64,000 nt of DNA. Origin: a bacterium (GTDB taxonomy: Bacteria > Eisenbacteria > RBG-16-71-46). Each line of letters starts with the position of its first letter. The first letter of the stretch is position 1. Positions 28,447 through 36,127 of the stretch are shown one piece after another. A model generated the notes under the pieces. That model was not told the DNA's origin. It made no database searches and saw only the letters and a list, made by a program, of their open reading frames with translations. The stretch is taken from the NCBI GenBank assembly GCA_031408715.1, contig JANNWR010000153.1, forward strand, positions 3,674 to 67,673. Reading direction: 5' to 3'. A program made the position numbers and the translations under genes.

Positions 28447-29487
28447 ATGAGCACCGGGGCCGCCACCGTGGTCGACCACGTTCCCGCCGGCTGGGACGCG
28501 CTGGTTCGCGCGGATACGTCGTCTTCGCCCTCACACCAGCCGTTGGTCTGGGAGGCATTCGCCGCCGTGTTCCCCGGATTCGAGTGGCAGCTGCTCGTGC
28601 ACCGCGAGGCGGGCGTCCTGACCGCTGGAGCGCCCGTCGTGCTGTCGCGCCGCGGGCCGTTCCGCTGGTTGCACGCGCTGCCGTGGTTGCTGAGTGCCGC
28701 ACCCGTCGCGGTCGCCGGCGCGCATGCCCGCAGCGATGTGGTGCTGGCGCGGAGCTTCGCCGAACTGGCGCGCGCACAGCGCGTGATCGGCGGCGAGTGG
28801 TCGTGCTATCGCCCGTGCGGCGATCCCGTCAGGTCCCAAGCGCTCGCCCACATACCGGGTACCACGCGGTGGGTCGCGACCGCGCTGATGCCGCTCGAGC
28901 ACGGTCTCGAGCCGCGCCGTGTCGCGATGGGGCGGAAGGCTCGCCAGGCACTCGATCAAGCGTCGGACCGCGGACTCGTGTTCGCAGAGGACGCGGACGC
29001 CCTGGAAGAAGTGTACGCGCTGCATGTCATGCAATCGCGGCACTGGCCGGGGCACCGGCCGTTGCCGATCGAGCTGTCGCGGCGATTGCTCGCAGCGAGA
29101 TCCGCGGGTGAACCGGTGGCGCGACTGTTCACCCTGCGCTCCGCGCGCGGACTGGTGTCGGGCACACTGGCTCTGGACGGCGCCCACGAGACATTCCCGT
29201 GGTGGGCCGGGACGCACTCCGAAGGGCGGCGGCTGCAGGCGTTCACATTGCTGCTGTGGCGCGTCGCGGAGTGGGCGGCGGCGCACGGTCGGCGGCGAGT
29301 GAATCTGGGCGCCAGCACGGGTCTCGAAGGCGTGTCGGCATTCAAGAAAGCGCTCGGTGCCGAGATCCTCGAGTACCCGGTGCACCGGCTCGATGCGGGG
29401 AACGCGAACGCTGCCGGCCGTCTGCTCGCGAGCGTGCAGGCGTGGCACCGCCGCGGCCGCACGAGCGGTGGAGCGGAGCCCGCGTGA
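28447..29487 (+). CDS. FemAB/CelD-like GNAT-fold acyl(aminoacyl)transferase
   Basis: Start is ATG 28447 inside ORF 28282..29487. The pattern RKARQALDQASDRGLVFAEDADALEEVYALHVMQSRHW...WWAG...LLLWRVAEWAAAHGRRRVNLGAS resembles BioF2-like/CelD/FemAB acetyltransferase domains. Confidence 0.6.
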   Translation: MSTGAATVVDHVPAGWDALVRADTSSSPSHQPLVWEAFAAVFPGFEWQLLVHREAGVLTAGAPVVLSRRGPFRWLHALPWLLSAAPVAVAGAHARSDVVLARSFAELARAQRVIGGEWSCYRPCGDPVRSQALAHIPGTTRWVATALMPLEHGLEPRRVAMGRKARQALDQASDRGLVFAEDADALEEVYALHVMQSRHWPGHRPLPIELSRRLLAARSAGEPVARLFTLRSARGLVSGTLALDGAHETFPWWAGTHSEGRRLQAFTLLLWRVAEWAAAHGRRRVNLGASTGLEGVSAFKKALGAEILEYPVHRLDAGNANAAGRLLASVQAWHRRGRTSGGAEPA

Positions 29488-30557
29488 GGATCGCGACCTT
29501 GTCGAACGCCGCGGTGGTGCACACGACACGCTGGGTCGAGCACTTCCGTGCGCGCGGTCATGACGTGCGCTTGTTCTCACTCGAGCCCGGGCCGGCGCTT
29601 GCGTACGATGTGCGACTGCCGAGCGCTCCGCTGCCCGGTGCGTTGCGCTACCCACTCGCCCTGCCGCGGTTGGTGCACGAGCTCGACCGCTTCGCTCCGG
29701 ACCTGATCGACGCGCACTTCGTGCCCAACTACGGTCTGCTCGGCGCGCTGTGCGGCCGCCGCCCGCTGTCGGTGGCGGCGTGGGGGAGTGACCTGCTGCT
29801 CACCGCCGGCCGGGACCGGTGGCAGCGCCTGCGCGCACGTTTCGTTCTGCGTCGCGCCGATCTGGTGTTGTGCGACGCTCGCAATCTGGCGGCCGCCGCG
29901 CTCGCCGTGGGAGCGCGGCCCGCCAGCGTGCGCGCGTTGCCGTGGGGAGTGGACCGGGCGCGTTTCGTCCCGGCGAACCATCGCGAACGCGGACTGCTAC
30001 TCTCGACGCGCATGCACGAGGACATCTACGACATCCCCACGTTGCTGAGAGCCGTGGCCCCGGTGCTGGCCGAGCACCCGCACGCCCGCTTGGTCGTGGC
30101 CGGAGAGGGTTCGCGCCGTGGCAGTCTCGAGCGGCTTGCCGCCTCGCTGCTTCCCGCTGGACGCTTTCAGTTCGTCGGGCGCATCTCACCCGTGGACCTC
30201 GCGGGCTGGCTCGGACGCGCCGAGGTCTTCCTGTCGGCCTCGCTTTCCGATTCCACGTCGCAGTCACTGTTGGAAGCCATGGCCGCGGGTGCCGTGCCGG
30301 TGGTCAGCGACATCGAGGGCAATCGCGAGTGGGTGACCGATGGGGACGGTGCTCGGTCGTTCGCGATCGGTGATGTCGCTGGTTGCACCCGTGCGATCGG
30401 ACATGCGCTCGCCGATCGGGTGTGGGCGGATGCGGCTCGTGCCCGAAACGCAGCCGTGATCGCGGCGCGCGCCGACTGGCCGACGAACCTGGCGCGGATC
30501 GAGCGCTGGTTCGGGTTGCTCGCGGCCGGCCGGCCGCTGCCAGCGGAGGGCGCGTGA
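29484..30557 (+). CDS. glycosyltransferase, GT-B fold (GT4-like)
   Basis: GTG 29484 overlaps the upstream stop (GTGA). The C-terminal signature is SLSDSTSQSLLEAMAAGAVPVVSDIEGNREWV. Confidence 0.8.
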   Translation: MRIATLSNAAVVHTTRWVEHFRARGHDVRLFSLEPGPALAYDVRLPSAPLPGALRYPLALPRLVHELDRFAPDLIDAHFVPNYGLLGALCGRRPLSVAAWGSDLLLTAGRDRWQRLRARFVLRRADLVLCDARNLAAAALAVGARPASVRALPWGVDRARFVPANHRERGLLLSTRMHEDIYDIPTLLRAVAPVLAEHPHARLVVAGEGSRRGSLERLAASLLPAGRFQFVGRISPVDLAGWLGRAEVFLSASLSDSTSQSLLEAMAAGAVPVVSDIEGNREWVTDGDGARSFAIGDVAGCTRAIGHALADRVWADAARARNAAVIAARADWPTNLARIERWFGLLAAGRPLPAEGA

Positions 30558-31858
30558 GGCGCCTGCTCGTGATGGCCTACTTCTATCCTCCTCTGGCGGG
30601 CGGTGGCGTGCACCGCGTCCTGTCGTTCACACGTCATCTGCCGCGGCACGGCTGGGCATGCACCGTGGTGTGCGCCGGCGAGCAGGACTACTGGGTGCGG
30701 GACGAGTCGCTGCTCGCGCGCGTGAGCGCGGAGACCGAAGTGATCCGCGTTGCGGGTGGCAGCGCGTTATCGGCACTCCTGCGCATGCGCGCGGCGAGCA
30801 CGGCGGGGCGGCGCTCGAGCTCGAGGTTCGCGGCGCTGCGCTCGCTTTCCGACTGGTTCCTACTGCCTGACTCCTACGTCGGGTGGGCGGCGCGCGCCGG
30901 CCGGGCGGCCGCAGCCCGCATCGCGGCCGGTGGTGTGGACGCCGTGCTCTCGACTTCGCCGCCCGACAGCGTGCACCTGGCCGCGGAGCGGATCACGCGT
31001 GCGCCGGGCTCGACGAGCCGCAGGCTGCCATGGATCGCCGACTTCCGGGACCCGTGGATCGGTTCGAATTTTCGCACTCCTCCGACCGCGTGGCACGCCG
31101 CTCGCCACGCCGCCATGGAAGCGCGCGTCACCGGGACCGCCGACCTGGTCGTGACCGCGTCACGCACGCACCACGACGAGCTGGCGTCACGAACCTCCGC
31201 CCGCCCGGCGCGGTTGATTCATCTTCCCAATGGGTTTGAGCCGCTGAGCCCAGAGCGAGCGCCGTCGGAGCGCGACCCGAACGCCTTCCGCATCGCGTTC
31301 ACCGGACAGTTGTCGCTCATGGAGGATGCCGGCACACTGCTCGCCGCCGTTCATCAGGTGCTGCAACGTGAACCTGCTTCGCGCGGGCAGCTCCGCGTCG
31401 ATCTCGCCGGGCCGTACGACGACAAGTGGGCCGCGCGCACGTCGGCGCTGGGCCTGAGCGATGTGGTCCGGTTTCCGGGGCAGATCGCACACGAGGCCAC
31501 ACGCGAGTTGCAGCGAACCGCCGACGTGTTGGTCCTGTGGAAGCCGACGGGAGGACGTTTTCGCACCATGGTGCCCGGAAAACTTTACGAGTACCTCGAC
31601 TCCGGCCGTCCGCTGCTGGCGCTGCTGCACGCCGAGGACGAAGCCGCGGGGCTGGTGAAACGAGCGGGCGGGACGCTGGTGCCGCCAGGTGACGTGGGCG
31701 CGCTCGCGGACGAGTTGTGCGTGCGATGGCGGCGCTGGCGGGACGGGGAGCGAACGGCGGACCAGCGAGTAGCCTGGCTCGGCGACTACGAGCGCGCGTC
31801 GCTCGCGGCGACCCTGGCGGGTGCGCTCGACGGGCTCATGGCAGAGCCGTCCCGGTGA
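30554..31858 (+). CDS. glycosyltransferase, GT-B fold (GT4-like)
   Basis: GTG 30554 overlaps the upstream stop. The N-terminus is LLVMAYFYPPLAGGGVHRVLSF. The C-terminal part is MVPGKLYEYLDSGRPLLAL. Confidence 0.7.
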   Translation: MRRLLVMAYFYPPLAGGGVHRVLSFTRHLPRHGWACTVVCAGEQDYWVRDESLLARVSAETEVIRVAGGSALSALLRMRAASTAGRRSSSRFAALRSLSDWFLLPDSYVGWAARAGRAAAARIAAGGVDAVLSTSPPDSVHLAAERITRAPGSTSRRLPWIADFRDPWIGSNFRTPPTAWHAARHAAMEARVTGTADLVVTASRTHHDELASRTSARPARLIHLPNGFEPLSPERAPSERDPNAFRIAFTGQLSLMEDAGTLLAAVHQVLQREPASRGQLRVDLAGPYDDKWAARTSALGLSDVVRFPGQIAHEATRELQRTADVLVLWKPTGGRFRTMVPGKLYEYLDSGRPLLALLHAEDEAAGLVKRAGGTLVPPGDVGALADELCVRWRRWRDGERTADQRVAWLGDYERASLAATLAGALDGLMAEPSR

Positions 31859-33441
31859 GCGCGCTGACACCCGAACAGCGTTTCGAGCGCTTGGGCTTCG
31901 CGCTCGCCGTGATGCTGTGTGCCGCTCTGGCATGGCCATTGCGCCACTACGTCACGGACGACACGTTCATCCATCTGCAATACGCACGTCACCTCGCGCA
32001 CGGGGAGGGCTTCGTCTTCAACGTCGGCGAGCGGGTGTACGGCAGCACGAGTCCGCTCTGGGTGGTGTTGCTGGCCGATGGCATCGCCATGGGCCTCGAC
32101 GGCCTGCTCGTCAGCAAACTGCTGGGTGCCGCCGCCACGCTCGCGGCGTTGTTCCTGTGGTGGCAGCTCGTCCAGCGCACGCTCGGTAGCCCGTGGCTGC
32201 GCGTCATGTCGACGCTGGTGTGGGCGTCGCACGCCTGGATGTCGCGTTGGTCGCTGTCCGGCATGGAGACGCCCGTCGCGGTGGCCTTGGTGATCGGCGG
32301 CTTCGTGGCGTTCACGTCGAGCGATCCGTGGGGCTCACGTCCGCGCAAGGCAGCGCTTTTGTGGGCGCTCGCGGCGCTGACCCGTCCCGAGTGCGCGCTG
32401 CTGCTCGTGCTGTGGGGCGCACTCATGATCGCCGAGGACGGCGTCACGGATGGACTGATGCGTGCCGTCCGCGGGCTGTGGCCGGCGGCACTCGTCTACG
32501 GCAGCTGGCTGGCGTTCGCGCGAGGTTACTTCGGGACATTCTGGCCCAACACGCTCGCGGCCAAGGCCGCTGGCGGGGAGGGAGTGGCCTACGTGCTGGA
32601 ACAACTCGGACGTCAGGCCGGAATCGTCGGCGCGACCGATGGCGTGCTGATGCTCGTGTTGTTCGCAGCCCTCCTGTACTGCGCCCGCCTCGGTGCACGG
32701 CCGCGCTGGCGGCCCGCCGTGCGGCTGCTGCCCTGGGCCTGGCTCGTCACGGTGCCCGTGCTCTACACGGTGCGTGGCGTGCCCGTGCTGTCCCGGTATC
32801 TCGTGCCGCTGCTACCCGTGCTGGCGTGGCTGGCGTGGCGCGCGCTCGACCGGGCCGCCGGTCCGCGTGCGAACTGGCAGCCCGGTGCGATGGCGGCAGA
32901 GCCCGAGGTCCAGATGCAGCGCCGCGCGCGCCTCGCGATCGTCGCCGGCACCGCACTCGCGCTGATCGTGATCGCGCAGAACATCGTGGTGTGGCAGCGC
33001 GTCGTGCGGCCGCAGGTGGAATCGTTCAGTGCCGGCATGCACGATAGCCTGATCCCGTGGGGGCGCTGGTTCGATCTTCATACCCAGCCCGATGCGGTGG
33101 TCGCCGCACCGGACATCGGCGCACTGGGCTACTACGGGCAGCGGCGTGTGGTCGATCTCGCCGGGCTCGTCACGCCCGAGATGATCCCCATCCTCCGGGA
33201 GTTGCCGCCCGAGGTGGCGGTGGCGCGCTTCGCGTTCGCGAGCTTCTCGCGGCCCGACTTCCTCGTCGATCGCGCTCCCGTGGCGTGGGACCTGCAAACG
33301 CGCAGTCCGTGGAGCGCCGCACTCGTGCCACTCGGCTATGCCTCGCTGCCGAACCTGGGCGTGGCGCGGCCCGGCGAGGCCGTTTACTCGTTCTACCGCA
33401 TCGACTGGGCCACCTACGACTCGCTCGCCGCAACGCGCTGA
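31855..33441 (+). CDS. putative GT-C fold membrane glycosyltransferase (N-terminal DD motif type)
   Basis: GTG 31855 overlaps the upstream stop. The 528-aa protein has ~10+ hydrophobic helices in its N-terminal part. The first-loop motif is HYVTDDTFIHLQYARHLAHGEGFVFNVGERVYGSTSPLWV. The C-terminal domain is soluble. Confidence 0.55.
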   Translation: MSALTPEQRFERLGFALAVMLCAALAWPLRHYVTDDTFIHLQYARHLAHGEGFVFNVGERVYGSTSPLWVVLLADGIAMGLDGLLVSKLLGAAATLAALFLWWQLVQRTLGSPWLRVMSTLVWASHAWMSRWSLSGMETPVAVALVIGGFVAFTSSDPWGSRPRKAALLWALAALTRPECALLLVLWGALMIAEDGVTDGLMRAVRGLWPAALVYGSWLAFARGYFGTFWPNTLAAKAAGGEGVAYVLEQLGRQAGIVGATDGVLMLVLFAALLYCARLGARPRWRPAVRLLPWAWLVTVPVLYTVRGVPVLSRYLVPLLPVLAWLAWRALDRAAGPRANWQPGAMAAEPEVQMQRRARLAIVAGTALALIVIAQNIVVWQRVVRPQVESFSAGMHDSLIPWGRWFDLHTQPDAVVAAPDIGALGYYGQRRVVDLAGLVTPEMIPILRELPPEVAVARFAFASFSRPDFLVDRAPVAWDLQTRSPWSAALVPLGYASLPNLGVARPGEAVYSFYRIDWATYDSLAATR

Positions 33442-33491
33442 ACGGCCCGCCACACGGATGAAGCGTCTTCGCGGGTAGCGTGAGCGATGTG

Positions 33492-33535
33492 GGCCGCGGT
33501 GGGGGAGTGCCGCCCCCGCGCAGGCGGCCGCGGCC
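33492..33535 (+). terminator. GC-rich hairpin after the last glycosylation gene (possible terminator)
   Basis: The outer stem GGCCGCGG...CCGCGGCC encloses GGGGG...CCCCC. It lies 51 nt after the stop at 33441. There is no U-tract. Confidence 0.3.
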
Positions 33536-33674
33536 ATCGGCCGCACGGGGTGCAGGGCCTCGCCCGGAGCGCCTCTCTGCACCAGGAAAGACGCATTCGG
33601 ACCGCGATCGATGCGGTCACAGGCCACTGCACGGGCGTGCAAGTAATTTTTCGTCCCATGCCCCACTTTTTCTT

Positions 33675-33703
33675 TTGACCCTGAACCGGACAGCGCATAC
33701 AGT
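33675..33703 (+). promoter_or_regulatory. sigma70-type promoter of the dcw cluster (Pmra-like)
   Basis: The -35 box is TTGACC (33675-33680), followed by a 17-nt spacer and the -10 box TACAGT (33698-33703). It is preceded by the only AT-rich tract in the region (AAGTAATTTTT...CACTTTTTCTTT). It lies 75 nt upstream of the mraZ ATG. Confidence 0.5.
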
Positions 33704-33710
33704 GCGCCGC

Positions 33711-33766
33711 TGTGGGGAGCTGTGGGGAAAAGTGGTGGAAGAGGGGACGCAGTGGTTCCCCGTGGA
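33711..33766 (+). promoter_or_regulatory. 10-bp-phased GTGG direct repeats (MraZ-operator-like)
   Basis: The consecutive 10-mers are TGTGGGGAGC, TGTGGGGAAA, AGTGGTGGAA, GAGGGGACGC, AGTGGTTCCC and CGTGGAGAGT. GTGG falls at 33712, 33722, 33732, 33752 and 33762. They start immediately downstream of the -10 box. Confidence 0.55.
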
Positions 33767-33777
33767 GAGTCCGGAAG

Positions 33778-34227
33778 ATGGCGACGTTTCTCGGCACCGA
33801 GACCTACTCGATCGACGACAAGAATCGACTGGTCATCCCGGCTGCCATGCGGCGCGTCTCCGGCAAGAAGACACCCCTCAAGAATTTCGTGCTGATGCGG
33901 GGACTCGACGGTTGCATCTGGTTGTACGCCGAAGAGGACTGGAAGCGACTCGAAGACCTGCTGCAGCGGCTGTCGATGGGAAACAAGGACCAGCGCATGT
34001 TCGCGAGAACCGCACTGGTCGGCGCTAGCAAAGTGGCGGTGGATGGGCAAGGACGCATCACGATCTCACCGTCGCTCATGGGCCATGCAGGCCTCGGCAA
34101 GGAAGCCGTCCTACATGGCCAAGTCGGACGCATCGATCTGTGGTCGCCCGAGCGATTCCAGTCGGCGCTCGTTGCGGATCCCGCGGACTACGATGCATTG
34201 GGTGAGAAGGTGCTGGGAGGCGAGTGA
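33778..34227 (+). CDS. mraZ: transcriptional regulator MraZ
   Basis: The sequence MATFLGTETYSIDDKNRLVIPAAMR...VAVDGQGRITISPSL shows the two SpoVT/AbrB-like DxxGR repeats of MraZ. It is the first gene of the dcw cluster. Confidence 0.9.
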   Translation: MATFLGTETYSIDDKNRLVIPAAMRRVSGKKTPLKNFVLMRGLDGCIWLYAEEDWKRLEDLLQRLSMGNKDQRMFARTALVGASKVAVDGQGRITISPSLMGHAGLGKEAVLHGQVGRIDLWSPERFQSALVADPADYDALGEKVLGGE

Positions 34228-34685
34228 TGGTGGCTCCAGTCGGAACGACCGAGGTCCGTACCTCCGTCGCCATGAATCTCCAGTTCACCCGGGGCCGTCA
34301 CGGCGCCGCGGCGAGGCTGGAGGTGCACGAGCGCCCCGCAGGCCGTGTCGGCCTGTTGGCACTTCGCGGCTGGGTCGATCTGTCGGCGGAGCGGGGCATC
34401 GAGCGGGCGCTCGACGACCTCGCCGCGCGTGGTGTCTCGCGCTTGATCGTCGACTGCTCGCAACTCCTGCACGTGGACTACCGGCTGGTTCCGCGGCTCG
34501 CCGATGCGCTGGTCCGTTTCGAGGCGCACGCCGGGGCCGTGGTGTTGTGCGGACTGTCCCGATATCTGCGGGACCTGTTCCGGATCGCGGGCTGCGAATC
34601 GAAGCTGTGCTGCTGGCCCACGGCTGCCGACCTGCTGGATGCGGCCCCCGTGGCCGCGGGCCTCGAGCGTGAGCGCGCGTCATGA
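34224..34685 (+). CDS. STAS-domain protein (SpoIIAA/anti-sigma-antagonist-like)
   Basis: GTG 34224 / ATG 34227 overlap the mraZ stop. The pattern LLALRGWVDLSAERGIERALDDLAARGVSRLIVDCSQLLHVDYRLVPRLADALVRFEAHAGAVVLCGLSRYLRDLFRIAGCES fits STAS. An alternative start is ATG 34272. Confidence 0.65.
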   Translation: MMVAPVGTTEVRTSVAMNLQFTRGRHGAAARLEVHERPAGRVGLLALRGWVDLSAERGIERALDDLAARGVSRLIVDCSQLLHVDYRLVPRLADALVRFEAHAGAVVLCGLSRYLRDLFRIAGCESKLCCWPTAADLLDAAPVAAGLERERAS

Positions 34686-35589
34686 ACCGGTGCTCGTCCG
34701 CGAGACGCTCGGATTCCTTCGTCCCGGGCCGGGTCTCTTCCTCGATGCCACGCTCGGCGACGGCGGGCACTCCGAAGCGCTGCTACTCGCTTCTCCTGAA
34801 CTGCGCCTGCTCGCCAACGACCGCGACCCCGATGCGCTCGCATTCGCACGGACGCGTCTGGCTCGCTTCGGGGACCGTGTGATGTTCACGCATGGCACGT
34901 TCCGCGACCTGCCTGCCGCGCATGCCGCAGCCGGGGAAGCGTTACTGACCGGAGCGTTGTTCGACTATGGCTTGTCTTCCCGGCAGATCGACGATCCATC
35001 CCGCGGCATCAGCTACCGCCAGGACGGTCCGCTCGACCAGCGCATGGATCCGAGCCGGGGCGTGACGCTCGCGGAGCGCTTGCTGACCGCCGAGGCGGAC
35101 GAAGTCGCGAAGGTGCTGCGCGACTATGGGGACGTCGGAGCGTCGCGCCCGCTGGCACGCGCCATTGTCGCCGCGGCTCAGGCCGGGCAGCTCGAGACGA
35201 CGGGCCAGCTGGCACAACTGGCCGCACGCGTGCTGCGCGACGACCGTCCCAGTGCGCTGGCGCCGGTGTTCCAGGCGCTGCGGATGTGGATCAATGACGA
35301 GATGGCCGACCTCGAGTTCGCGCTGGCCTGGCTGCCCGAGGCCATGGCGGATGGTGGAGTGGTGGTCACGCTCGCGTACCACTCCGGCGAGGACCGACGG
35401 GTCAAGCAGGCGCTGCGCGGCAATCCGCGCCCGGTGTCCCGACGGCTGCCGCCCTCCGCCGATGAGCAGTTGAACGGACCGTGGGAAGAGTTGACGCGAC
35501 GAGTCGTGGTGGCAGCACAGGACGAGCAGGATTCGAATCCTCGCGCACGAAGTGCGCGGCTGAGGGCCTTCCGGAGGAAGCCGAGATGA
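34669..35589 (+). CDS. rsmH: 16S rRNA (cytosine1402-N4)-methyltransferase
   Basis: Start is GTG 34669 in the frame of ORF 34504..35589. The sequence HEPVLVRETLGFL...DATLGDGGHSEALL...FDYGLSSRQIDD...FQALRMWINDE...AYHSGEDRRVK...NPRARSARLRAF matches RsmH. Confidence 0.9.
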   Translation: MSARHEPVLVRETLGFLRPGPGLFLDATLGDGGHSEALLLASPELRLLANDRDPDALAFARTRLARFGDRVMFTHGTFRDLPAAHAAAGEALLTGALFDYGLSSRQIDDPSRGISYRQDGPLDQRMDPSRGVTLAERLLTAEADEVAKVLRDYGDVGASRPLARAIVAAAQAGQLETTGQLAQLAARVLRDDRPSALAPVFQALRMWINDEMADLEFALAWLPEAMADGGVVVTLAYHSGEDRRVKQALRGNPRPVSRRLPPSADEQLNGPWEELTRRVVVAAQDEQDSNPRARSARLRAFRRKPR

Positions 35590-36023
35590 AAACGTTCCAG
35601 CGGCATTCCGTCCCGTCGTGGCGGGTGAGTGACGTGCGTGCGATCCGGCCGGGCTGGCTGCTGGTGGCCCTGCTGCTGCTGAGCATGCTGCTGCTCGAAG
35701 TCTGGCAGCAGTCGGCGGTCGCAAGTCTGTCGGTTCGCGCCGGCAAGGCGAACGACCTGCTCAAGCGCGCCAGCAACGAAATGGAATGGACGCGTGCGCA
35801 GCTCGATCGTGAGGCGACGCGAGCCGAAGTCGGCACGCTGGCGTTCAGCGCGGGTGTGCGGCCGGGCGATGCCGCCCAGGTCGTCTGGCTGCCGTCGGAC
35901 TATCTCGAGGAGGACGGAGCGATCGCGAGCGTGGAACGCTCGCCGGAACTGCTCGCTCAGGCGGGTCGCGCGCTCCAGTCACTCGTGCCGGAAGCCATGG
36001 CACGGGGACGCCACGTGAACTGA
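35586..36023 (+). CDS. ftsL: cell division protein FtsL-like
   Basis: ATG 35586 overlaps the rsmH stop. It has a short cytoplasmic N-terminus, one TM helix (WLLVALLLLSMLLLEVW), then a coiled-coil and a C-terminal ...AGVRPGDAAQVVWL. Its position between rsmH and ftsI supports the call. Confidence 0.7.
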   Translation: MKTFQRHSVPSWRVSDVRAIRPGWLLVALLLLSMLLLEVWQQSAVASLSVRAGKANDLLKRASNEMEWTRAQLDREATRAEVGTLAFSAGVRPGDAAQVVWLPSDYLEEDGAIASVERSPELLAQAGRALQSLVPEAMARGRHVN

Positions 36024-36127
36024 TCCGGTCCGCCGTCAGGCGACCGGAGCGTCGTACCGGCCGCGTCACAGCACCGCGCATGTGGGGCCGGCGGTCTGCG
36101 TGAACCGCCGTTCCATGGAGGGAACAG

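Noticed and set aside
33712-33777. The ORF track starts mraZ at 33712 (MGSCGEKWWKRGRSGSPWRVRK...).
   Set aside because: This extension is the translation of the GTGG repeat array. MraZ homology starts at MATFLG (ATG 33778).
35529-35540. GGATTCGAATCC is a tRNA T-arm-like motif.
   Set aside because: It lies inside rsmH, encoding the conserved C-terminal ...DSNPRARSA... peptide. No acceptor or anticodon stems can be drawn around it.
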